Source of the DNA: Anthoceros angustus
Taxonomy: Eukaryota; Plantae; Anthocerotophyta
Direction of reading: 5' to 3'
Assembly: GCA_010909165.1 (NCBI GenBank)
Contig: VJWM01000116.1
Coordinates: 682,001 to 746,000 of the forward strand
Length of the DNA stretch: 64,000 nt
Shown here: piece by piece, positions 53,162 to 64,000 of the stretch
How positions within the stretch are numbered: the first letter of the stretch is position 1
Layout: every line of letters starts with the position of its first letter
Program-made: the position numbers and the translations under genes
Notes under the pieces: generated by a model
What the model was told of the DNA's origin: nothing
Databases searched by the model: none
What the model saw: only the letters and a program-made list of their open reading frames with translations

Positions 53162-55472
53162 TCAAAGGTCGGCGAAGAAATCTGGCTTTGCGGATTGGGG
53201 AAGATTCCGTCTCTTCCCCTTCTTGGATGCTTTGCTCCTTGCACCTGCTCGGAAAAGACAGGTATTGCAGCAGGTTAGACTCCTTTCCGAAGCCTCTGGA
53301 ACTGTGAGTGAGAAGGAGCGGGACCGGCCAACCTCCTACCTTGCTCTTCCATATTCTCGTCGCTGTCATCTGAACCGGAATCGGCTTGGCCCCCGTTGGC
53401 TGTCTCCGGTTGCTCCTCGGTTTCTTCCTTCTCGTCTTCTTCAAGCAGGTACTTTATGTCCCAAATCTGCAAATGAAGTCCCTCTCTGTCAGAGGAGGGA
53501 GACACCACGTAAAGCGCGCTGATCATCGGAGGGGACGTGAGTCTCGTGGCCTCACCTTTAGCAGATGATCATGCGAGGCACTTCCTAGCATCTGACGGTC
53601 GTGTGAATATGCTGGGAAACACAGGCAGATGATTATGTCAGCAGGTCCACAATCCAAGTTGTCGAAAACAGGAGCAAGTGAGGTGTTGACATTCACATAC
53701 CAAGTCGTTCGATTGGGAACTCAGCATGCTCCCCGACAACCCCGATCATTTTATTTGGCAGAATGGAGACAACTCTACATACGAGAGCACATGCATCGAG
53801 ATTAGACGTCAATGGGGGCCACTGCTTTTGCAATCAGCAGCAATTGCTGCACAACACTTGCCTTATTATACCGTCACTAGACCCTGTCAGTAGGGTGTCT
53901 TCATCAAGCTGCCAAGGATATGAAACGTTAGACATTTTACATTTACACAGCAGAATTGGGTTCAAAAGACAGAACTGGGTGAATTGAATCTGACTAGCTG
54001 ACTGGGTGAATTGAAGACATGACTGCTCACCTTCAGCAAAGCTTCAACAGAAGATGGATGCCCAACAAATCGATCACTGCACACAAGTCCACAAAAGTCA
54101 ATACAGCCCTGCTTGTCCCTCTGCCATGGGAGACAGTGGATGCAGCAACAACCTGCTCCCTAGACTCCGCGAAGGGCGCATGGCACCAGCAGTCATCACC
54201 TGCAATCCCTGAAGTGACCCCATGAATAGAGTAGCAGCACCCCGTCTTGTGATCCACAGATTACTTTCCGCCCATTCTGCATCAGCACAATTTACCCATC
54301 AGCCGCTTGGATGGAAAAGTAAGACTACAACTAATCTTCTGCACCCGAGAAGTGTTGGGATTACCTTAGCCACCACAACAGAGAGCAGCTCGTCCTCAGA
54401 AAACTCAGATTGGGCATCTACCTGCAAACAGCATATCAGGATCCATCCCATCCATACTGATGCTCGGCGCGAACAAAAGTCTCATCACTTACCCGCTGTG
54501 CCCGAACATCGTAAACCGAGAGGGTTCCATCGCCGCTGAACACAAAGTGGACAATGCCATTGTTATTTATGGCTCTACTGCTCTACGGAGCTGACGGCAG
54601 AAGCTCATCAAACGTGAACCAAAACACTGAAAAGGCTGGAATTCCGTGAGAAACTGTACCTCACTCCAAGCAACCGCGTAGAATCTGGTACATATTCCAT
54701 ATCAGTTATAAACTCCTCATGGGCAGTGTAACTGCAGCAACATCTGTTCTGCCTCTCATCCCAAACCTTGACAAGCCAGAGATTGCACCTGTAAATGAAT
54801 CATGCAGCACCAGGGAACCGATTCCAAAACCTTTACCTCAATTCAGATGTACCTTAATCATACCCTCATCATCCCCAGTAGCAATCGTAGTTTCCGCGAC
54901 ATTCACCATGCGATTGATGGCCGTTCTGCAACCCGCAAGACCCAATTTCAAACCTCCTTCGATCCAGAAAGAAAGGAGTTCACAACATAATATAGGGCAA
55001 AGAGAACGAAGTCTTCCACAACATCAGGAAGCTGAGTTACTCACGGATGAGCATCAGATAATCGAGCAGCAGCCTGCCCAGTGCTTGTGTCGGTGGCAAG
55101 GATAGATTTATCCGGCCCTGCAGTCATCACAACTGTATCCCAACCACAACCACAGCCAAAGGTACAGTCCCAGCTCAGCTGGAGCTAAATCACAGTCCTT
55201 CAAAGACCAATAGGAAATTCTTCACTGCTGCAGCGTGCACAAGAAACCCATCACTCACATCGACCCCCTTCTCCAAACCGAACGGCTCTGCATGAACTGC
55301 TGTGCGCACTGACATCCCATTGCCTGTGCACGTCCTCGGACACCGAAGCCCGGTACAAATGGACATGTCCCGTGATAAGGCCCACGGCAACGAGAGGCTC
55401 GGCAGGATGGAATGCCAGATCGAAGGGCACTCCTCCAAGATCCACCTCCTGGCATCCGCTCGAGCCTGCCAT
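53162..55472 (-). CDS. WDR55: WD repeat-containing protein 55, multi-exon
   Basis: PFDLAFHP...VGLITGHV...AHSSSCRAVRF, IATGDDEGMIK / VWDER, GDGTLSV, SEFSEDELLSV, NGRKVICGSQDG...YSWGHF, EHAEFPIERL, acidic linker, terminal DFFADL* (stop 53162-53164). Confidence 0.93.
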
Positions 55473-55833
55473 CGCCTCGCCAGGACCTTTGCCTTCAAAA
55501 ACAACCAACCAGATCAAAATCGACGTTTTGTTTGGCGTCTCTCCCTCACGACTTCGTCACAGTATGTATCTATGCAATAAAGCCCCCCGTTGTTTCGTTA
55601 TAGGTATATATACATATATACCGGTATGTAGAATTGATCAGGCTATACATGTGGTGGGTACATACGCTGTATGATTTGCTCAATCCGACCACGCTTAGGT
55701 TTAGATACTGGGACTGAGGACAGGGAGGGAAACGTACATATGCTAAGCCGACCACGCGCTCTAGCTTTTGGCCTGTCTTGTCGCAAGCAGGCTGCGGGGG
55801 AGCTTCCCGCTGGTGACGTGACGGGGCCTCGAG

Positions 55834-58800
55834 ATGGGGTCCGTCTACATACCTGTGCACAATTCCTCTGAGGAGGTTAGGGTGGCCTTGAACGAATTGC
55901 CCAGAGATGCGGCCGACATACTGGACATCCTGAAGGCGGAGGAGGCGCCTCTCAGTCTCTGGCTCACGTTTGCGGTACTGGCCTCGAGGTTGTTCTCATT
56001 TTGGAATCCGATTCGGTGAGCAGTTGGACTGATGGCGCTCTTATGTGGTTGCTCAGAGAGAGTACTTCAAGCAAGGCAAAGTGAACGAGTTTTTACAAAT
56101 TTTGGAAGAGGGATCCAGTTCAGGTGTGCAGGATTAACTGGCTTCCGGCGTGGAGCCGCACGGAGGTGGTTATGATGCTGACATCCAGTGTTGTGGTGCA
56201 GAGATCGATAACTATTTTAGCGATGTGAAGTATGACCGGATTGCAATTCTGAACGCGTTGGGAGCGTATTACACCAATCAGGGGAAGCAGGAGGTGAAGC
56301 AGAGGGAGAAAGATGATTGTTTTATTCGGGCAACTCACTATTACAACAAAGCTTCAAGAATCGATCAACAAGAGCCGACTACTTGGGTTGGGAAAGGTGG
56401 ATACAGAGTTGCTGTGCTGTGCACGGTGGCTTGAATCGATGGTGGTTTGTCTTTGTCGTTGTGATGTGACTCTGAAGTGTTTCCAGGTCAGCTGCTTCTG
56501 GCGAAAGGTGACCTGGACCAGTCTTTTGAGCTTTTCAAGATTGTCCTGGACGGCCATCCAGAGAACGTGCCAGCTCTCTTGGGGCAGGTATGGGTTGCCG
56601 TTGTATGCAGCGCTTTGGGTACGTTGTTGCTTCTTTAAGTTTTCTAATTCGTTTGAGCTCTCCAGGCTTGCGTTCAATTCAATCGTGGCAAGTTCCAAGA
56701 GGCCTTGAACCTGTATAAAGTATGTCTTTCGATGCTTTGATTGCTAGGTGTGCAATTACTGTGTGTTTGCTAGTGCTTGAGTGGGTATGGGGTGTGGCGT
56801 GGTGGCTCATTGTTTGCGGTATATGTCCTATAGAAAGCTCTGCAAATTCATCCCCAATGCCCGCCGTCTGTGCGGCTTGGGATGGGACTTTGCCGTCTGC
56901 GACTAGGGCAACTAATCAAGGCACGCCAAGCTTTCGAAAGGGTTCTGCAGGTATGCAGCCTGCGTGTTCTTGCTGCTGACAACTGTTGAGGATTTTGTTC
57001 TGCGAGGCATGCAAAATGGATAATGCTGGACCGTGGCAGCTTGATCCTGAAAATGTGGAAGCGCTTGTCGCATTGGGCACTATGGATATCAGCACAAATG
57101 ATCGTGAGTACAACCGTCCTGCCGTTTTTTTTTCCTGTTGTGGGTTGAGTGTGTGTTTGAAGTGTAGTGGAACTGGTTTTCAGTACATGTCTGAGTTTGG
57201 TTCTGGTGACCAGGTGACAACGTGAGAGAAGGGATGGAGAAGATGCGTGCTGCTTATGAGATCTATCCATTTTGTCCTATGGCTTTGAACCATCTGGCAA
57301 ATCATTACTTCTACACTGGTCAGCATTACATTGTGGAGCAACTTATGGAAGCTGCTATTGCGAGTACTGATCATCCTCTGATCAAATCTCAAAGTTATTA
57401 CAACCTTGCCAGATCTTACCACACTAAGGTCTCGGTTCTAGCCATATGCACTTACTTTGTTGTATGCCTCATAGTGCTCCTCAGGAAAGTGTACTTGAAA
57501 TTTCATTGGCACTGACACTTGGTCTGTCATTTCTTGCAGCAAGATTATGAGAAGGCAGCAGCCTATTACAGAGCGGCAATTCAAGATCTAAAAAGCCCTC
57601 GAGACTTTGTGCTTCCTTATTATGGTGAGTTCTTTCAAGGAAAGTTTGGAGTGCAGCTGGTTGCAGGCGAACAGTGGTAAATGGACCTTGACCCCCAAGT
57701 CTGTGGTGAACAGGGTTGGGCCAGGCTCAGTTAAAACTTGGTGATGTAAAATCTGCACTAGCAAACTTTGAGAAAGTCCTGGATGTTCAGCCTGAAAACT
57801 GCGACAGTCTGAAGGTTTGATGCCCCATGGTTACTATGTCTGGATGTTCCTTGGATTATAATGTTTAGATCAACAACCAACACTTTTGCTGGCCTGTAGG
57901 CAATTGGCCATATTTATGTGCAACAAGGCCGGACAGATAAGGGTTTGGAAAATTTTCGCAAGGCCACCAAGCACAACTCTCGTGATGTTGATGTAAGATT
58001 TTATTGTTGAGGCTCTGATGTAGCACAGCATGTGTTTGCCACCGTTTCTGTCTTGTATGCTGAACACTCTTGGTTTTCACTGAACCAGGCGTGGGTGGAA
58101 ATTGGTGATCTTTTGGTTGCAACAGACATAGGCCAAGCTCTTGAAGCTTTGAAAACAGTAAGGCTGGTTTCACATTGTGTAAAAAAGTTTTGGCCAATAT
58201 TTTGCGATGATTGTCTTGAAGCATTTTATTTTATCTTTGTGCCAGGCCCTAAGTCTCCTTAGGAAACAGCAAGAACATATTCCTCTTCAACTCTTGAATA
58301 ACATAGGAGTGCTCTATTTGGAGCGTGGAGAGTATGAGGTACGTTGGGTCACTGGCCTATTTGTCAGCGCAGTGCCTTGCATTTTACTTTGAATGCTGTA
58401 TATTAAATCGATTTCTCTCTCTTGGCAGGCTGCACAGCAGTCATTTAGGGAAGCTTTAAATGTTGGAGAAAGCGATAGTTTCTTCATACGATTAGAACAG
58501 GAAGGGATGGCCTCAGATGTTCCTTTGGAACATGTTACTGTCCTGTTCAACTTGGCAAGGGTGCATGAGCTCTTAAATGAAAATGGCAAGGCAACAGTTC
58601 TGTACGAGCTCATTATATCTAAGGTCTACTGTTTTGCTGATGCTGAGATACATTGAACCCAGTTGGTTGCTTCATCTGGAGTGGATCCTAAAGTGGCGGT
58701 GGCTGTCTTATCATGATCAGCATCCAGGATATGTGGATGCCTACCTCAGGCTGGCTGCCATGGCTCTAGCGAAGAATGAAATAGCACTCAGTACAGAGCT

Positions 58801-61800
58801 GGTATTGTTATTATTCTTGTTTTGGGCCGTGGTTTGCTTTGCATGGCATGGGTAGATTAAATTGGTTGGTAAGTTGCCGAAGCCTGCTGTATGGTTGGAG
58901 GTCTACAGATTTCTTACTGTACCCATCTCCTGCAGGTTTCAAGGGCCTTGGAGAAGAATGAGCGGCATGCTGATGCTCTGACATTCCGAGCGAACCTTGA
59001 GCTAAAAGTGGATGACTGGCTGAAAGCCAAGGAAACGATCAAGGAGGTGCTCCAGTTGTCAGATGCCAAGGATAGCTACGCAAATCTGCAGTTGGTGAGC
59101 AAGCCTGAACGGTGAAACCTAATTGCACGGCAGAGGGTAGGATAATAATGGTGGCATGATACTTGCTATGCCTATTGTGCACAGGGGAACTGGAACTACT
59201 ATGCTGCCGTTCGAGGTGAACGGAAGGATCCAAAGTTGGAAGCAACTCATCTGGAAAAAGCGAAAGAGTTGTATGTGAAGGTTGGTTCGTTGCTTTTTAC
59301 GGCGTTATTGATTATGTCAGTCTCATTTGGCAGTTTACAACTGTGCTGACTCTGCATGGTTGGGCAGGTGCTGAACCAGAAGCCCAACAACATGTATGCA
59401 GCCAATGGGATTGGAATCGTTTTAGCTGAGAAAGGCTTGTTTGATCAAGCCAAGGATATTTTCACTCAGGTATGTGTACCCTCAGGTGGCATGCCTTGTG
59501 TTAAATTTCCTTGGGTGTTCTTCTAAACTGTTTCTTCCTGGTGTCTTGGGCTCATAAAATGTGTCATCTGTGTTGATCTTGTGGGAAACTGAAATTCTTG
59601 GTTTCAGGTTCAAGAGTCAGCCTCAGGAAATATCACAGTCGAAATGCCTGATGTTTGGATTAACCTTGCTCACGTATTCTTTGCACAGGCCAGTTTGCCC
59701 TGGCTGTTAAAATGGTAGTTCTGCCTAACTACTTCTTCTAGTCTTGTTTTGAGTATTAAGTAATTGATCTGGCCCTGAATTTCAGGATGCGTTAACTTGT
59801 TGTACTGCAGTATCAAAATTGCTTAAGAAGATTTTATCACAACACAGACACCCAGATACTGCTGTATCTGGCAAGGACGCATTATGAAGCAGAACAGTGG
59901 CAGGAGTGCAAGCGTGTTCTACTGCGTTCCATCCATTTGCAGCCTTCAAACTACACTCTGAGGTTCGACGCTGCAATTGCGATGCAAAAGTACTCCACTG
60001 CCACATTGCAAAATTGAAGCGCACCGCGGATGAGGTATGTGCAAGTTCCTCTGGTAGGTTGAAAGCAGGCAATGTAGGTATTGCTTGGATCTATTCCTCG
60101 ATCAGGAGATCATGCAGTAATGGTTTCGATATGTAATGCAGGTCCGACAGTCTGAAGGTTTGATGCCCCATGGTTACTATGTCTGGATGTTCCTTGGATT
60201 ATAATGTTTAGATCAACAACCAACACTTTTGCTGGCCTGTAGGCACTGGCCATATTTATGTGCAACAAGGCCGGACAGATAAGGGTTTGGAAAATTTTCA
60301 AGGCCACCAAGCACAACTCTCGTGATGTTGATGTAAGATTTTATTGTTGAGGCTCTGATGTAGCACAGCATGTGTTTGCCACCGTTTCTGTCTTGTATGC
60401 TGAACACTCTTGGTTTCACTGAACCAGGCGTGGGTGGAAATTGGTGATCTTTTGGTTGCAACAGACATAGGCCAAGCTCTTGAAGCTTTGAAAACAGTAA
60501 GGCTGGTTTCACATTGTGTAAAAAGTTTTGGCCAATATTTTGCGATGATTGTCTTGAAGCATTTTATTTTATCTTTGTGCCAGGCCCTAAGTCTCCTTAG
60601 GAAACAGCAAGAACATATTCCTCTTCAACTCTTGAATAACATAGGAGTGCTCTATTTGGAGCGTGGAGTATTGCAAGCACCTTTGGAAGCTGCGAAAGTG
60701 CATTTGGAAGCTGCTGAACGGGAAGAGCAACAGACTCGCCAAAAGCAGGAGGTTGCTCGCCAACTAGCAATGGCTGAAGAAGCGCGTCGGAAGCAGAAGA
60801 AGAGCGTAAGCTTCAGCTGGAGCGTAGGAAACGCGACGACGAGTTCCGGAAAGTACAGGAGCAGGAGGCCAAGTTGACGAGATGGATGGTATGTGCGTGT
60901 AAGATGCAGTGATGTAGGCCGGATTTATTAGAATCCACAGCAGCAGCCTTCGAGCAGGTACAGTAAACAGATCCTTGCGCGTAGTAACCAGTTTTAGTAC
61001 CTTGTGGCAGGATTCGTGGAAAGAAAAGAAGCGCAGAGAAAAGCCGGCGGCTGACGAAGATGATGGCTTCATCGCTCCTGAGAAGAAAGAGAAGAAGAAG
61101 GAAAGAAAAGGAGAAAGCGAGAAAAGAAGCAACGCGATGAATACGAAGAAAGAACTCAAGACGAACCAGAGGAGGAACCTGTTTCTGACGACATGGCTGC
61201 TGCTGGGCTGGACGACAGTGACGACGGCTTGGTGAGAAACGCCGATGTTTTCATGGTGTCTCAGGAGTGTCTATCGGGCCACCAGCAACTGATCAACCTT
61301 TTCCTGTTCAGGTACAGGAAGATAGACATCGTCACAAGCGAGGGCGAAGGCAAGCGTTGTCCGAGTCGGACGAGGATATGCCCCGGCGGGAGGATGACGC
61401 CTCTCAAAGACGAAAACGATATGTCGAGAGTGACGAAGACGGCGAAGAGGAAGGGGCGATCGAACATGACTCCAATGGTCATCACTGGGACAGGAATCGC
61501 AAGTACAAAAAGGGAGATGGCCACAGTGACTAATTCGTAAACGCGACTCAATTCTTGGAAGCACAGTAGTCATTTAGGGAAGCTTTAAATGTTGGAGAAA
61601 GCGATAGTTTCTTCATACGATTAGAACAGGAAGGGATGGCCTCAGATGTTCCTTTGGAACATGTTACTGTCCTGTTCAACTTGGCAAGGGTGCATGAGCT
61701 CTTAAATGAAAATGGCAAGGCAACAGTTCTGTACGAGCTCATTATATCTAAGGTCTACTGTTTTGCTGATGCTGAGATACATTGAACCCAGTTGGTTGCT

Positions 61801-64000
61801 TCATCTGGAGTGGATCCTAAAGTGGCGGTGGCTGTCTTATCATGATCAGCATCCAGGATATGTGGATGCCTACCTCAGGCTGGCTGCCATGGCTCTAGCG
61901 AAGAATGAAATAGCACTCAGTACAGAGCTGGTATTGTTATTATTCTTGTTTTGGGCCGTGGTTGCTTTGCATGGCATGGGTAGATTAAATTGGTTGGTAA
62001 GGTCAAGCCTGCTGTATGGTTGGAGGTCTACAGATTTCTTACTGTACCCATCTCCTGCAGGTTCAAGGGCCTTGGAGAAGAATGAGCGGCATGCTGATGC
62101 TCTGACATTCCGAGCGAACCTTGAGCTAAAAGTGGATGACTGGCTGAAAGCCAAGGAAACGATCAAGGAGGTGCTCCAGTTGTCAGATGCCAAGGATAGC
62201 TACGCAAATCTGCAGTTGGTGAGCAAGCCTGAGCGGTGAAACCTAATTGCACGGCAGAGGGTAGGATAATAATGGTGGCATGATACTTGCTATGCCTATT
62301 GTGCACAGGAACTGGAACTACTATGCTGCCGTTCGAGGTGAGCGGAAGGATCCAAAGTTGGAAGCAACTCATCTGGAAGCGAAAGAGTTGTATGTGAAGG
62401 TTGGTTCGTTGCTTTTTACGGCGTTATTGATTATGTCAGTCTCATTTGGCAGTTTACAACTGTGCTGACTCTGCATGGTTGGGCAGGTGCTGAACCAGAA
62501 GCCCAACAACATGTATGCAGCCAATGGGATTGGAATCGTTTTAGCTGAGAAAGGCTTGTTTGATCAAGCCAAGGATATTTTCACTCAGGTATGTGTACCC
62601 TCAGGTGGCATGCCTTGTGTTAAATTTCCTTGGGTGTTCTTCTAAACTGTTTCTTCCTGGTGTCTTGGGCTCATAAAATGTGTCATCTGTGTTGATCTTG
62701 TGGGAAACTGAAATTCTTGGTTTCAGGTTCAAGAGTCAGCCTCAGGAAATATCACAGTCGAAATGCCTGATGTTTGGATTAACCTTGCTCACGTATTCTT
62801 TGCACAGGGCCAGTTTGCCCTGGCTGTTAAAATGGTAGTTCTGCCTAACTACTTCTTCTAGTCTTGTTTTTGAGTATTAAGTAATTGATCTGGCCCTGAA
62901 TTTCAGGATGCGTTAACTTGTTGTACTGCAGTATCAAAATTGCTTAAGAAGATTTTATCACAACACAGACACCCAGATACTGCTGTATCTGGCAAGGACG
63001 CATTATGAAGCAGAACAGTGGCAGGAGTGCAAGCGTGTTCTACTGCGTTCCATCCATTTGCAGCCTTCAAACTACACTCTGAGGTTCGACGCTGCAATTG
63101 CGATGCAAAAGTACTCCACTGCCACATTGCAAAAATTGAAGCGCACCGCGGATGAGGTATGTGCAAGTTCCTCTGGTAGGTTGAAAGCAGGCAATGTAGG
63201 GTATTGCTTGGATCTATTCCTCGATCAGGAGATCATGCAGTAATGGTTTCGATATGTAATGCAGGTCCGACAGTCTGTTGCGGAACTGAAAAATGCCTTG
63301 CGGCTTTTCAGCCAGCTGTCTGGCATCAGTTCCCACCATCTACATGGGTTTGACGAGAAAAAGATTGATATGCATGTGGAGTATTGCAAGCACCTTTTGG
63401 AAGCTGCGAAAGTGCATTTGGAAGCTGCTGAACGGGAAGAGCAACAGACTCGCCAAAAGCAGGAGGTTGCTCGCCAACTAGCAATGGCTGAAGAAGCGCG
63501 TCGGAAAGCAGAAGAAGAGCGTAAGCTTCAGCTGGAGCGTAGGAAACGCGACGACGAGTTCCGGAAAGTACAGGAGCAGGAGGCCAAGTTGACGAGATGG
63601 ATGGTATGTACGTGTAAGATGCAGTGATGTAGGCCCGGATTTATTAGAATCCACAGCAGCAGCCTTCGAGCAGGTACAGTAAACAGATCCCTTGCGCGTA
63701 GTAACCAGTTTTAGTACCTTGTGGCAGGATTCGTGGAAAGAAAAAGAGAAGCGCAGAGAAAAGCCGGCGGCTGACGAAGATGATGGCTTCATCGCTCCTG
63801 AGAAGAAAGAGAAGAAGAAGGAAAAGAAAAGGAGAAAGCGAGAAAAGAAGCAACGCGATGAATACGAAGAAAGAACTCAAGACGAACCAGAGGAGGAACC
63901 TGTTTCTGACGACATGGCTGCTGCTGGGCTGGACGACAGTGACGACGGCTTGGTGAGAAACGCCGATGTTTTCATGGTGTCTCAGGAGTGTCTATCGGGC
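55834..64000 (+). CDS. CTR9: PAF1 complex subunit CTR9 (VIP6/ELF8), TPR protein; exons shuffled and duplicated in this assembly
   Basis: MGSVYIPVHNSSEEVRVALNELPRDAADILDILKAEEAPLSLWL, REYFKQGK, ALNHLANHYFYTGQHYIVEQL, NWNYYAAVR..KDPKLEATHLEKAKELY, NMYAANGIGIVLAEKG, HGFDEKKIDMHVEYCKHLLEAAKVH. A copy of the final exon ends at TAA 61531-61533. Confidence 0.95.
60145..64000 (+). repeat. Scrambled near-identical duplications of CTR9 segments
   Basis: 60145-60668 matches 57802-58328; 60663-61275 matches 63376-64000; 61561-63277 matches 58432-60154. Confidence 0.9.

Noticed and set aside
46330-64000. Functional gene cluster or operon-like system (eIF3L, ATG5, methyltransferase, WDR55, CTR9)
   Set aside because: These are unrelated housekeeping functions in mixed orientation. 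Proximity is explained by genome compactness.

Overview
Eukaryotic, intron-rich land-plant DNA. Short (~80-150 bp) GT-AG introns, very dense genes, GC-rich leaders and a PLS-type PPR relic suggest a compact non-seed-plant genome such as a hornwort or lycophyte (inference). Host genes in order: 3' part of a SERAC1-like hydrolase (+), peroxisomal copper amine oxidase ending -SKL (-), AGD5-like ArfGAP (-), LRR-XIV receptor-like (pseudo)kinase (+), glyoxalase II (+), eIF3L (+), EMB1273-like plastid membrane protein (-), ATG5 (+), GSTCD-like methyltransferase (+), WDR55 (-) and CTR9/VIP6 (+). There are two transposon-rich islands. The first (~16-22.4 kb) holds a PPR relic and a degenerate CRE-like non-LTR retrotransposon. 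The second (~30.5-46 kb) is dominated by a Mutator-type element at 35247-45945 with ~130-150 bp TIRs and a perfect 9-bp TSD (CAATTTCCT). Its transposase resembles the plant 'host' SWIM-zinc-finger family (At4g13970/At1g60560-like, recalled from memory). That transposase is split by a 4544-bp TG...CA insert with a 5-bp TSD that looks like a giant solo LTR carrying a long unknown ORF. Several near-identical, indel-rich tandem duplications (23.2-25.5 kb, 40.5-44.9 kb, 57.8-64 kb) and homopolymer frameshifts point to long-read assembly artefacts. Exon boundaries were read by eye and are approximate.
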